Positions 46,217 to 56,156 of a stretch of 64,000 bases of DNA are shown one piece after another (position 1 is the stretch's first letter; every line of letters starts with the position of its first letter). The DNA is taken from the NCBI GenBank assembly GCA_965223325.1, contig CBDCWI010000002.1, forward strand, positions 4,384,001 to 4,448,000. The letters are read 5' to 3'. The stretch comes from Candidatus Multivoradales bacterium. GTDB lineage: Bacteria; Acidobacteriota; Thermoanaerobaculia; Multivoradales; Multivoraceae. The notes beneath the pieces are model-generated. The model was not told the origin of the DNA. It ran no database searches and saw nothing but the letters and a program-made list of their open reading frames with translations. A program made the position numbers and the translations under genes.

Positions 46217-47641
46217 CTACTCACGTCGCACAACGACAAACTCACCACGCTCGACATTTGACCAACCGGTGGCGTCTCTGAACCCGCTCGTGCGAAGCCG
46301 CGCGAGGTTGTCGCTTTCGACGACGATGCGCTCGAACTGCTCGAGCCACGTCGCGAGAGGCTCAGACTCCGGACCGCGCTTTGGGAAGCCCGCCTCGCCA
46401 AAGATGCTGTTGAAGTGGAAAGCGTGCTCGAAGTCGGCGAACGTCTGGCAGGTCGCGCGATCGCACAGGACCCTGGTGCGCAACGGGTCGAGACGCTCCC
46501 GTTCCAGGAAGACGAGCGCGGCGCTCCGACTCCGCTCCTCGAGAGCTCCGGCACGACGAAGGGGCGCCGCCGGCGACAGCCCATGCACGAGCAGGGAGAA
46601 CACGATCGTCGAACCCAGTCCTGCCCTTGCTAGCCGTGGCCGCTCTCGACTGAGCCAGAGGAGCACCACGACGGCAACGGGAATCACGATGAACGGCCGC
46701 GGGTGAAGAGCGAAGTAGAGCCATCCAAGATCGTGGAGCCAGCGACTGCGCACGAGCGCTGCCGTTACTACGGCTGCAGGCCCCAGGATGGCGGCCAACT
46801 CGGCCCACCGGTGAAGACGGTTCTCCGTCGCAGGGAGGCGTGCGAGGACCAGCGGCCCGAGGATCGACCCCAGGTAGGCAAGCGCCAGGACCAGGTTGCC
46901 CACGGCGCTTCGCGAAACCTCGTAGCCGGTCCAGGCCATGTAACCGAGCACCAGGAGCAACCAAGTACCGATCAGGGTCGCGGCAGCTCGAAACAGCCCG
47001 CGCCGTTCGGGCGACCAGAGGCGAAGGAAGACCACCGCAAAGCTCGAGAGCCACACAGCCTCTTCGCGCGCCAGAAGAGCCACCAACAGGCAAGCCATCA
47101 CCACCGCGGCGGAGAGGCGTTGATGGATCGCGACATAGAGCGCGAAGAGAGCAGGGCCGACGAACTGGTAGGGACGGAGATCGAACGTTGCGTGGTAGAG
47201 AAACGACGGAAAGGTGATGTAGGCCAGGCCAGCGAGCAACAGAAGAACCGGGCGCTCGCTTCGCCGCGCAGCGAGCGCCAGCACCAGGAGCGGTACGGCA
47301 TGAACCAGCGCGCGCCACAGGAACATCAACGCGACACCTCCACCCAACCGCAGGGCCAGAACGTCGAGGTACTTGATGGGCTCGAAGTGCATCGCCTGGT
47401 GAAGCCCGTCCTCGCCTTCACGACCGATGATGCCGAACATGTTGTCGCCAGCCACATTGAAGCTCTGCCGATCGGCGAGCTCAGGGTTGGCGGCGCGGGC
47501 CGCGAACTGATGGTAGAAGCCAAAGTCTGGCCGGTAGGAGAGCGCCTGGTATTGAAGCTCTGCAAACCACCACGACCCGAGAGCGGCCAGTGCGGCGAGA
47601 ACCAGGAGCGCGCCGGTGCACCTCTGTTGGGGTGGCTTCAC
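46217..47641 (-). CDS. DUF2079-like polytopic membrane protein (possible GT-C)
   Basis: DFGFYHQ, HFEPI, LLAREE motifs; many TM helices. Confidence 0.55.
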   Translation of the reverse strand: MKPPQQRCTGALLVLAALAALGSWWFAELQYQALSYRPDFGFYHQFAARAANPELADRQSFNVAGDNMFGIIGREGEDGLHQAMHFEPIKYLDVLALRLGGGVALMFLWRALVHAVPLLVLALAARRSERPVLLLLAGLAYITFPSFLYHATFDLRPYQFVGPALFALYVAIHQRLSAAVVMACLLVALLAREEAVWLSSFAVVFLRLWSPERRGLFRAAATLIGTWLLLVLGYMAWTGYEVSRSAVGNLVLALAYLGSILGPLVLARLPATENRLHRWAELAAILGPAAVVTAALVRSRWLHDLGWLYFALHPRPFIVIPVAVVVLLWLSRERPRLARAGLGSTIVFSLLVHGLSPAAPLRRAGALEERSRSAALVFLERERLDPLRTRVLCDRATCQTFADFEHAFHFNSIFGEAGFPKRGPESEPLATWLEQFERIVVESDNLARLRTSGFRDATGWSNVERGEFVVVRRE

Positions 47642-49275
47642 GAGAGAAGGTTCTCCCGGCTACAACCGTCGACCAGAGCGAGTGCAACCGCCTCGGCTAC
47701 TTTGATGCCGTCGATTCCGGCCGAGAGAATGCCGCCGGCATAGCCGGCTCCTTCTCCCGCCGGGAAGAGGCCGCGGGTGCTGAGGCTCTGGAAGTTCTCG
47801 CCGCGCGGAATGCGCACTGGCGACGATGTTCGGGTCTCCACTCCGGTCAAGAGGGCGTCGGGAAGTAGGTAACCCGGCAGCTTGCGATCAAAGACCGGCA
47901 GCGCTTCTCGAATGGCTGCGGTGGCGAAATCTGGCAGAAGGTCCGCCATGTCTGCCGGCACGACACCAGGTTGATACGACGGCTCGACCGAGCCGACTGC
48001 GGTCGAGGGGCGGCCGGCGAGGAAATCCTCCAAACGCTGGACCGGTGCGTTGTAGTTCGAGCCACCCGCTCGGAAGGCGCGCTCCTCGAGCGAGCGCTGA
48101 AGGTCGACTCCCAGGAGCGGTCCGCCCGGGAAGTCGCCTTCCGGCGTAATGCCGACCACGATGCCACTGTTGGCGTTACGTTCACTGCGGTCGTACTGGC
48201 TCATGCCGTTGGTCACCACGCCACCGAGCTCTGAAGCCGCAGCGACCACCGTGCCGCCCGGACACATGCAGAAGCTGTAGACGGAGCGCCCGTTGCTGGC
48301 GTGATGAACGAGGCGATACTCCGCCGCCCCCAGAACGGGGTGGCCTGCGAAACGACCGAATCGACTCTTGTCGACCAGCGTCTGCGGATGCTCGACGCGG
48401 ATACCGATCGAGAACGGTTTCGCTTCGATGCGCACACCGCGTTCTCTGAGCTTCTTGAAGGTGTCACGAGCACTGTGCCCGATGGCGAGCACGACGTGGG
48501 CGCATTCGAGCTCGGTGCCATCTCTGAGTACCAGCCCACGCAAGTGGTTGTTCTCGATCACGAAGTCGTCGACCCGGGTTTCGAAGCGGATCTCGCCACC
48601 GAGCTCGAGAATCCTGGCACGCATCGCCTCGACCATCTTGACCAACCTGAAGGTGCCGATGTGCGGCTTGGCGTCGACCAGGATCTCTGCTGGTGCCCCA
48701 GCACGAACGAACTCGGTGAGCACTCTGCGGCCGCGATGACCCGGGTCCTTGACCTGGCTGTAGAGCTTTCCGTCGGAAAACGTGCCGGCGCCACCTTCGC
48801 CGAACTGCACGTTCGACTCGGGGTTGAGGGTGCCCTTGCGCCAGAAGGCAAAGGTGTCGACGGTCCGCTCGCGCACCGCCTTGCCACGCTCGAGGAGAAT
48901 CGGCCGGAATCCCATCTCGGCGAGCGTGAGCCCAGCGAACAGCCCACACGGCCCCATGCCAATGACCACCGGTCTCTCTTGCTCTCGACCAGTCGCCGTG
49001 GCTACGAAACGGTAGCGAACGTCGGGAGACGGCGTGACCTGAGAATCCCCTTCAAAGCGCGAAAGAATCTCGGCTTCTTCGACAGCGCCGGCGAGCTCGA
49101 CGTCGGCGATGTAGACCAGCTTGATCGCCTTGCGGTTGCGCGCATCGTGACTGCGCTTCCACACCGAGACGTTGCGAACGTCGTCCTGGGAGATCTCGAG
49201 CCGGCGAGCGATGGCCCGTTCGAGAGCGTTCTCGTCGTGGTCGAGAGGAAGGACAAGCGAACGAACTCGGATCAT
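47638..49275 (-). CDS. FAD-dependent oxidoreductase (COG2509-like)
   Basis: IGMGPCG, QFGEGGAGTFSDGKL, SFCMCPGG, GVETRTSSP, GEGAGYAGGI. Confidence 0.9.
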   Translation of the reverse strand: MIRVRSLVLPLDHDENALERAIARRLEISQDDVRNVSVWKRSHDARNRKAIKLVYIADVELAGAVEEAEILSRFEGDSQVTPSPDVRYRFVATATGREQERPVVIGMGPCGLFAGLTLAEMGFRPILLERGKAVRERTVDTFAFWRKGTLNPESNVQFGEGGAGTFSDGKLYSQVKDPGHRGRRVLTEFVRAGAPAEILVDAKPHIGTFRLVKMVEAMRARILELGGEIRFETRVDDFVIENNHLRGLVLRDGTELECAHVVLAIGHSARDTFKKLRERGVRIEAKPFSIGIRVEHPQTLVDKSRFGRFAGHPVLGAAEYRLVHHASNGRSVYSFCMCPGGTVVAAASELGGVVTNGMSQYDRSERNANSGIVVGITPEGDFPGGPLLGVDLQRSLEERAFRAGGSNYNAPVQRLEDFLAGRPSTAVGSVEPSYQPGVVPADMADLLPDFATAAIREALPVFDRKLPGYLLPDALLTGVETRTSSPVRIPRGENFQSLSTRGLFPAGEGAGYAGGILSAGIDGIKVAEAVALALVDGCSRENLLS

Positions 49276-49298
49276 CGGGGGTTCGGTTCTTTCCCCGA

Positions 49299-51095
49299 TC
49301 AGGCGTTTTGCTGCTGGTCAATCCACCAATCGACGTGCTTCTCGAGAACCACCATCGGCATCGCACCGCTCCCGATCACCGCAGCGTGGAAAGCCTTGAG
49401 ATCGAACGCGTCACCGAGCGCCTCTTCCGCCTTCTTGCGCAGGCGAGCAATCTCGAGGTAGCCAATCCGGTAGCCCAGCGCCTGGCCATGAATGTCGGCC
49501 GAGTAGCGCAGCAGCTCGGTGGCGATCTCGACGTCCGAATACACCACCCTCGGCGTCATGAAGTCGCGTGCCTCTTCGAGAGTCCAGCCGAGATGGTTCA
49601 TGCCGGTATCCAGCACTAGACGGCAGGAGATGAACATCTCCATCACCAGCCGACCGTAGCGGTCGTAGGGATCGGAGTAGAGCCCCATCTCCTTTCCGAG
49701 GTTGGCGGCATACTCCGCCCAGCCCTCGGTGAAAGCGGTGTAGAGCGCCTGCTGGCGATAGGGATGCAGCGTCTTGTTCTCGTTCTGCAGCGCGATCTGG
49801 AAGTGGTGTCCCGGGATCAACTCGTGGTAGATCAAACCCTGGGCCGAGAACAAGGAGCGATTCGGGAGGTCGGAGCCGTTGTAGCGATACTCGCCGCGCG
49901 GATTCGCTGTCGTCGGCGGCTGGTAGACGCCAAACGTCATCGTCGCCTCGACGGTCTCATCGAGTCGACGCACACCGTAGGGAGCCGCTGGCAAGACATC
50001 GAAGTAGTCGTCGACCAGTGGCTCGATGCGCGTGATGTAGCCCATGTAGCGCTCTTCGACCTCCTCGGGGCTTTGAGCGATGAAGCGCGCGTCGCGGCGC
50101 ACTGCGTTCAGGAACTCGTGCCCCGAGCCTTCGAAACCGATCTCGCGCCGTATCTCCGCCATCTCGGCCTCGAGGCGTGCCACTTCGGCCTGGCCGATCG
50201 CGTGGATCTCCTCCGGCGAGAGGTTGGTGGTGGTGTTGGCGCGCACCCGATAGAGGTAGAGCTCGCGACCACCAGGGACAACGCCCAGACCGACCTGTTC
50301 GGGAGCCGCCTCGAGATAGGCGTCGCCGAGCGCCGCCAGCAAGCGGTCGAAAGCCGGGAGGATCGCCCTCTCGACTGCGTCTTCGATGGCGACACGAAGC
50401 TCGGCCGGTTCGCTACCGTCGACGCCTTCGAGGCGTTCAGCTGATGGAACGAAGAGCTCGGTACTGCGGGCACGGTAACCCTCGAACATCTGTCGCACCG
50501 GAGGGACCTGCGCCTTCGGCAGATAGATGCCGCGCTCGCTCTGCCCCTCGACCTTCTCGGCAAGCTGGCCGATGATGCGCCCGTACTCGTCGAGCAGGTG
50601 GAGGTAGCGCGCATGGTCTTCCTGGTCAGCATGCGGTGCCGCGCCGATCACCTGGTGAACGATGTCGAGGGCGAAGCCCCCTGCCGCATAAGGCGTGACG
50701 TTGAAGTCTGCCCAGTAGTGCGACGCTGCCTCTGCGGCGAGACCGAGGTCCCAACGCAGTGTTTCGAGCGTCAGCCATTCGTCGTGCGTGAGGTGGTCTT
50801 CGTCAACGGTTGCCAACCGCTCGAGTTGTTGGCGGGCGAAGGCAGCGTTCTCCTCCGCCGCCTCGAGGCTCCAGTCGGGTAGATCGGTGACCAGCTCACC
50901 GCGGCGGAACTTGACGTAGGGGTTCTGCTCGGCCGTGCGCGCCATGATGGCGTCGGCAACCTCGGTGATGGTTGCTGATGATGTCGCGGCCGAGGACTGC
51001 GTCGTCGTCGCAACGTCTTGCCGGCAGCCGGCGACTCCCAGGACCGCAAACGCCATGAGACAAGACAGCGCCGGCGCATTTCGATTTCGGTTCAT
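49299..51095 (-). CDS. DUF885 family lipoprotein
   Basis: Lipobox VAGC; HELIPGHHFQ, TAFTEGWAEY, LVLDTGMNH, GQALGY. Confidence 0.9.
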   Translation of the reverse strand: MNRNRNAPALSCLMAFAVLGVAGCRQDVATTTQSSAATSSATITEVADAIMARTAEQNPYVKFRRGELVTDLPDWSLEAAEENAAFARQQLERLATVDEDHLTHDEWLTLETLRWDLGLAAEAASHYWADFNVTPYAAGGFALDIVHQVIGAAPHADQEDHARYLHLLDEYGRIIGQLAEKVEGQSERGIYLPKAQVPPVRQMFEGYRARSTELFVPSAERLEGVDGSEPAELRVAIEDAVERAILPAFDRLLAALGDAYLEAAPEQVGLGVVPGGRELYLYRVRANTTTNLSPEEIHAIGQAEVARLEAEMAEIRREIGFEGSGHEFLNAVRRDARFIAQSPEEVEERYMGYITRIEPLVDDYFDVLPAAPYGVRRLDETVEATMTFGVYQPPTTANPRGEYRYNGSDLPNRSLFSAQGLIYHELIPGHHFQIALQNENKTLHPYRQQALYTAFTEGWAEYAANLGKEMGLYSDPYDRYGRLVMEMFISCRLVLDTGMNHLGWTLEEARDFMTPRVVYSDVEIATELLRYSADIHGQALGYRIGYLEIARLRKKAEEALGDAFDLKAFHAAVIGSGAMPMVVLEKHVDWWIDQQQNA

Positions 51096-52240
51096 GGTTG
51101 GTCCTCAGGTTCATCGACATGGAGCAGGGCAGCAACCACCGCCTCCGTGATTGAGGAAACCAGAAGGCCCCCCCGGTTGGTCAGGGCCGCGATCGTCGCG
51201 CCCTCTGTCGGCATGTGCCAGGCTTCCGCGCTAAAGCTCGAACTGTTGCCGCGGTGCCCCAGAAACACGCGTCCGTCACTGCTTTCGATTCGTAGTAAGC
51301 CTATTCCGTAGCGATGACCGTCGGGCCGGTCGACCCACGTTTTCATCTCGGCCAGCTCCTCAGGCGTCATGACCTCGCCACCCACGATCGCGTGCAGAGC
51401 CCGGGCCAGGGCCGGAGCGGTCGCGAGCATCGACCCTGCGCCAATCGTCGCTGCGCGGAAAGTGCGCGAATCGGTCATGGCACTGAAGTCGGTGAACGTG
51501 CCGTTGCCAGCCAGATCGATGAACCCGTGCGCTAAAGGCCGATCGGGAGACTCTGGCCAGTCGATCGAATAGACATGAGGCGCCTCGGAAGGTTGGGCCA
51601 GCTGGGTCTGAATCAAGTCGCCGAAGCTCTGGTCGTAGAGCTGTTCGAGAAGGAGCGCCATCGCCACGAAGCCGGTGTTCGAATACTTCCAGGACGTGCC
51701 GGGCTCGAAATCGAGGGCCTCGGCTGCCGCGACCAGACCCGCGGCGTCGGGTGCGGTCTTGGGGCTCATGAAGTAGCGCATGATGAAAGGCCGCTCGAGC
51801 AGCGGGTCCTCGAGTCCCGAAGTGTGCTGCAGCAGCTGCCGCAGCGTGATGCGGTCAGAAGCGGTGACATCGGGCAGCCAGCGCGCCAGAGAATCGTCGA
51901 GCGAGAGCAGGCCGGCGCTTTGGGCTTTGAGGGCCAATGCACCGGTAAAGACCTTGGAGATACTCCCGACCTCGAAGCCCGTGTCGGCAGTTACGGGAAC
52001 GCCAGGCTCGCGCTCACCGGCGACCGCCACCAGGCTCTCGCCCTCTGGCGTGACCCACGCCACCGCAACGCCCTCGACTCCAGACTCTCTCCAGGCCGCT
52101 TCAACCGCCGCTTGAAGCCTGGTCTCGAGCTGGTCCGCTGCGCCAGTGATGGCAGGGGAGGGCTGGCCTACCGACCAGCTCGGGTGGAGGAAAGCCAAGA
52201 GCGCCAGGCCCACGCGAGTCTTCGATGAAAGAGAACTCAT
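51092..52240 (-). CDS. Serine hydrolase / D-Ala-D-Ala peptidase-like
   Basis: GSISKVF (SxxK), LLQHTSG, YSN, GHRG; signal peptide. Confidence 0.88.
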   Translation of the reverse strand: MSSLSSKTRVGLALLAFLHPSWSVGQPSPAITGAADQLETRLQAAVEAAWRESGVEGVAVAWVTPEGESLVAVAGEREPGVPVTADTGFEVGSISKVFTGALALKAQSAGLLSLDDSLARWLPDVTASDRITLRQLLQHTSGLEDPLLERPFIMRYFMSPKTAPDAAGLVAAAEALDFEPGTSWKYSNTGFVAMALLLEQLYDQSFGDLIQTQLAQPSEAPHVYSIDWPESPDRPLAHGFIDLAGNGTFTDFSAMTDSRTFRAATIGAGSMLATAPALARALHAIVGGEVMTPEELAEMKTWVDRPDGHRYGIGLLRIESSDGRVFLGHRGNSSSFSAEAWHMPTEGATIAALTNRGGLLVSSITEAVVAALLHVDEPEDQP

Positions 52241-52376
52241 AGTCCTCAATCTAGCGTGTTCCGCTGTCGCTTCGAGAACTCGAGCAGACGCTCCTCTGTT
52301 TCTTTTCGTAGAGAACCATATGCACCGATCTCGTCGACCTCGCGGCCACGCGACATCCGGCTGATCCATAGTATCC

Positions 52377-52405
52377 TTGAAAAATGAGCGTTGATCGCTC
52401 ATAAT
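52377..52405 (+). promoter_or_regulatory. Sigma-70 promoter with a palindrome in the spacer
   Basis: TTGAAA-N17-CATAAT; ATGAGCG-TTGAT-CGCTCAT at 52384-52402. Confidence 0.6.
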
Positions 52406-52414
52406 ACAAGGACA

Positions 52415-53575
52415 ATGATCGCTCGCCAGGACCACATTCGACTCGTTCGACGTGCTCTTCGAGAGAACCCTGTTGTGGCGCTGCTCGGTGCCAGGCAAGT
52501 TGGCAAAACGACTCTCGCTGCCGCCGTCGCGAAGGCTCACGGTCAACGCACGACGACGTTCGACCTCGAGGATCCCCGCCAGCTGGCATTTCTCGAAGAA
52601 CCGACCCTCGCGCTCGAGTCGCTCAGGGGACTCGTCGTTCTCGATGAGATTCAGCGCCGCCCCGAACTCTTCCCGGTTCTCCGGGTACTGGCCGATCGCA
52701 AGCCGCGGCCCGCGAGGTTTCTGGTTCTAGGCAGCGCGTCGCCTGATCTCTTGAAACAGAGCTCCGAATCCCTGGCCGGCCGCATCAGCTATTACGAGTT
52801 GCGAGGCTTTGACCTGACCGAGGTCGGAGAGAAACCATGGGAGAGGCTCTGGTTTCGCGGCGGATTTCCGCGCTCCTTCCTGGCGAGAAGTCATCGCGAG
52901 AGTGTGGAGTGGCGTGAAGCGTTCATCAGAACGTTCTTGCAACGCGATCTGCCCCAGCTTGGCATCACCATCCCTTCGGGAACCTTGCGGGACTTCTGGA
53001 CCATGCTGGCCCACTACCACGCCCAGACCTGGAATGGCGCTGAGCTCGCGCGAGCCTTCGGCGTCGCTCACACAACTGTGCGCCGCTATCTCAACCTGTT
53101 GAGCGACACCTTCGTCGTTCGTCAGCTCCGTCCCTTTCTCCTGAATGTAGGCAAGCGTGTCGTACGCTCACCAAAGATCTATATCGCCGATCCCGGGTTG
53201 TTCCACGCTCTGATGGGAATTCGTACACCATCCGACCTGAAGCGCCACCCCAAGGTGGGCGCGAGCTTTGAGGGGTTCGGGCTCGAGCAGGTGCTCGTTC
53301 AACTGCGAGCGAAGCAGAACGAGGCGTTCTTCTGGGGCACCCATGCCGGGGCTGAACTCGACCTGCTTGTAGTCCACGGCCGCAGACGACTTGGATTCGA
53401 ATTCAAGCGAACCGACGCGCCACGGGTAACGCGCTCCATGCGTTCGGCGCTCGAGACCCTGAAGCTCGATTCGTTGACCGTCGTTCACGTGGGTGAGCAC
53501 ACCTTTCCGCTCCAAGATGGAGTCCAAGCACTTTCCATCAGCAATCTCACGGCCCTGAAGCCGCTACGGAGATAG
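52415..53575 (+). CDS. AAA_14 ATPase with DUF4143
   Basis: GARQVGKT Walker A, VVLDEIQ Walker B, LGSAS, ESLAGR, GGFP, SPKIYIADPG, ELDL..FEFK PD-(D/E)xK-like tail. Confidence 0.92.
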   Translation: MIARQDHIRLVRRALRENPVVALLGARQVGKTTLAAAVAKAHGQRTTTFDLEDPRQLAFLEEPTLALESLRGLVVLDEIQRRPELFPVLRVLADRKPRPARFLVLGSASPDLLKQSSESLAGRISYYELRGFDLTEVGEKPWERLWFRGGFPRSFLARSHRESVEWREAFIRTFLQRDLPQLGITIPSGTLRDFWTMLAHYHAQTWNGAELARAFGVAHTTVRRYLNLLSDTFVVRQLRPFLLNVGKRVVRSPKIYIADPGLFHALMGIRTPSDLKRHPKVGASFEGFGLEQVLVQLRAKQNEAFFWGTHAGAELDLLVVHGRRRLGFEFKRTDAPRVTRSMRSALETLKLDSLTVVHVGEHTFPLQDGVQALSISNLTALKPLRR

Positions 53576-53642
53576 CCAGGCCTTGATGACGGGTCCCCGA
53601 CCCCTGTCACGCCAGGGTAGAGGTTGCTGCTGGTGACGCTAC

Positions 53643-54521
53643 CTATCGCCGTCCTCGCGGTGCGCGATGAGATCGGAGAAACTCGCTACGCTCGAGAAAC
53701 GCGAAGACCAGAGGGAGGAACTGAACCTGCGACAGATCGTGGCCCATCCCGGGCAGCTCGACGAGTTCATGAACCATCTCGAGCTCCTCCATGCGGCGCG
53801 CCCATCGACGCACCGAACGAAGGGAGACCGCCTTATCCTGATCACCGATGATCACCAGGACGGGGAGGTCGCGCATGCGGTCCAGCGGTGTCGAATCGCC
53901 CGGCGTTGCTGGTGAGATCGGGACCAAGCCGGTCCAAAGTTCAGGGTGGCTTGAACCGAGGCTCCAAACCCCGCCACCACCTCGCGAGAAGCCGATCAGG
54001 AAGATCCGTTCAGGATCGACTCGAAAGTGACGCTTCGTGTCGGCCACGACTTCGAGCACGTAGCGCTGGGCTAGATCACCGACGCCACTCGAGAATGGGC
54101 AAACCACGAGGTAGCCGAATCGCTCAGCAAACTCCAGCAAGCGCGGAAAACCCATGACCTGCTCAGGTTTGCCTGCGGTGCCATGCAGACCCACGATCAA
54201 GGGCCAGCGACGCTGCTCGTCGCTGGCGACGTAGGCCGAAGGCGTGAAGACCAGGTGGCGCACCCGCTTTCGCACTTCCGGCACATGCAGCCTCCTCGCT
54301 TCCACGCGGCCCACGGATGCCACGGTGGCTTCACCTGCTGATGCGAAGGCCAGTGAGTCGCCAGGCAAGTCTTGCGACTGTGCGTTGGTCGGCAGCGCGA
54401 AGCACGCAGCAAACAGTACGAGCCAGGAGACGGCTGGTGCGAAGGTTCGATCCGTTAGTCGTCTGGCACGCATACTGTGTTGGACCGGCGGCGCCGCATG
54501 AAGGTTCCCGGCCCCTGGCAA
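53643..54521 (-). CDS. Secreted alpha/beta hydrolase (esterase/peptidase-like)
   Basis: PLIVGLHG, VDPERIFLIGFSRGG (GxSxG), GDQD, GMGH; start uncertain (possibly 54473). Confidence 0.8.
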   Translation of the reverse strand: MPGAGNLHAAPPVQHSMRARRLTDRTFAPAVSWLVLFAACFALPTNAQSQDLPGDSLAFASAGEATVASVGRVEARRLHVPEVRKRVRHLVFTPSAYVASDEQRRWPLIVGLHGTAGKPEQVMGFPRLLEFAERFGYLVVCPFSSGVGDLAQRYVLEVVADTKRHFRVDPERIFLIGFSRGGGGVWSLGSSHPELWTGLVPISPATPGDSTPLDRMRDLPVLVIIGDQDKAVSLRSVRRWARRMEELEMVHELVELPGMGHDLSQVQFLPLVFAFLERSEFLRSHRAPRGRR

Positions 54522-54600
54522 GCTGATCTATCGAGTAGTACCTGGCCTTCATCGGCGCCGCCGGGGGCGCCGCAACAACAGCTGGCCGCCAAGCCCGCCT

Positions 54601-55548
54601 CTAGACCTGTGTCGGCCAGTCAGTGTTGCTCTCAGGCGCACCCAAACGGCCCTTGGTCAGCACCAGCACCAGGACCGCGGCCGCCACCACCACCAGGGTG
54701 CGCACATCCTGCTCGGTAACCTCGAACATGGGCCGAGATAGGGCTTTGCTCCAGACGTTGGTAAAGCCATGGATCAAGATCGCCGGCAACACACTGCCGC
54801 CGGTCTTGAACCAGGCGAGGGTGGTCACGATCGAGAGACACAAACACAGCACCAGGAACACTCCCTGGTAAAACGCCCAACGTCCCAGGTTCTCGCTGGC
54901 CATGATGTTGGGAATCTCACGTGGGAAGTGCCATAGCCACCACAGAAACCCGAGGGCAAGCGTCGCAAAGAGTGGCGAACGCAGGCGGTCGAGCAGGAGG
55001 GGCAGGCCATAGCCGTGCCAACCGAGCTCCTCCCACAGGCCCCCTTCGTCGATGAAAGGGCCCACGATCAGCCACAGCAAGGCAGTTCCGACGCCGCCAC
55101 CCATTCCCGCCAGGATCTTCTCGCTGATCGCGCCTTCTCCGCCATAGCGAGCCGCGACCCAGAAGTAGCCCAGGCAGCCAGCGCCGTAGATCAACGCGAG
55201 CCAGAGATAAACACGAATCGCACTGCGCCGATAACCGCCCAGCCAGGGCTTGAAGCGTGACAACAGACGACGCAGTCCACCGCCACCGAGGTAGCCACTG
55301 ACGATCAGAGCCGAGAATGACGGCGCACCGGCGAAGACGAAAATCAGGAGCGCACGCCAGTCGTCGAGTCCGAACAGACCGATCGAGACAGTGTTGGCAT
55401 ACATACCGCGCTGCTGTAGGAATTCGAACAGCGCCGGCAGAAGCTCTGCCGAACTCGTCACCGCACGTACGAGCATCACTGCAATCACAATCGCAACGGC
55501 GAGCAGGTAGAACGCTGCAAAGCGGTGGGCTTGGATCCAGGATCTCAT
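54601..55548 (-). CDS. CPBP (CAAX/Abi) family intramembrane metalloprotease
   Basis: EELGWHG, WWLWHFP, SVLPAILIHG..N. Confidence 0.85.
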   Translation of the reverse strand: MRSWIQAHRFAAFYLLAVAIVIAVMLVRAVTSSAELLPALFEFLQQRGMYANTVSIGLFGLDDWRALLIFVFAGAPSFSALIVSGYLGGGGLRRLLSRFKPWLGGYRRSAIRVYLWLALIYGAGCLGYFWVAARYGGEGAISEKILAGMGGGVGTALLWLIVGPFIDEGGLWEELGWHGYGLPLLLDRLRSPLFATLALGFLWWLWHFPREIPNIMASENLGRWAFYQGVFLVLCLCLSIVTTLAWFKTGGSVLPAILIHGFTNVWSKALSRPMFEVTEQDVRTLVVVAAAVLVLVLTKGRLGAPESNTDWPTQV

Positions 55549-55752
55549 TGAGGTGGGCTTTCTTGGCGGCACGTCGAGGCACAGACTCGAGGTCAGGTTC
55601 GGGACTCAGTGTTCCATGAGGCCTGCGCGGGGTGCATCCATCACGAGTGCGCCGCCGCGCCACCACACCCGGGAACAACGCGTCGCGTTGAGGAGGTGTT
55701 TGGAGCGGATCTGCTTACGCATGTTCAGTGTGGCCGCGGACTTTGCTCGGGA

Positions 55753-55843
55753 ATCCGACTCGTGAACCTCGGCATGCGCGTGAACCGCGCATGGCTATGA
55801 AACATAGTTGCCTGGAACGTCTCCGGAGGCGAAGCCTCGGGAG
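55753..55843 (+). repeat. Dispersed intergenic element, copy 1
   Basis: 91 bp; 81 of 91 positions identical to 60599-60689 by manual alignment. Confidence 0.85.
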
Positions 55844-56156
55844 GGTCGCACCGTGGGTCCGGGTGTCGTCGTGGATCTGAACTGACAACTGAGCGCGAGG
55901 GTGGGCGATCACGCCCTCTCTCGCGCTCTTCTTTCGGCTCTCGCGGAGTGGTAAAGGAGTCCTGCCCAGTCACTCTGCCGCGGCAATCGCGCCTACCGCG
56001 AGCCCAGACCTCAAGGATCGAGAAAGTGAGAATCCATGATCCTTCCCAATCTCGACGAGCTTCTGCACATTCGACAGTCCGCCCTTTGGGGCATCGAAGC
56101 GGGATGGGTTGCCGAGTTGTTGCGCGAGTCCGCTGCGCGCAAGCCTTTGTTGTGGT

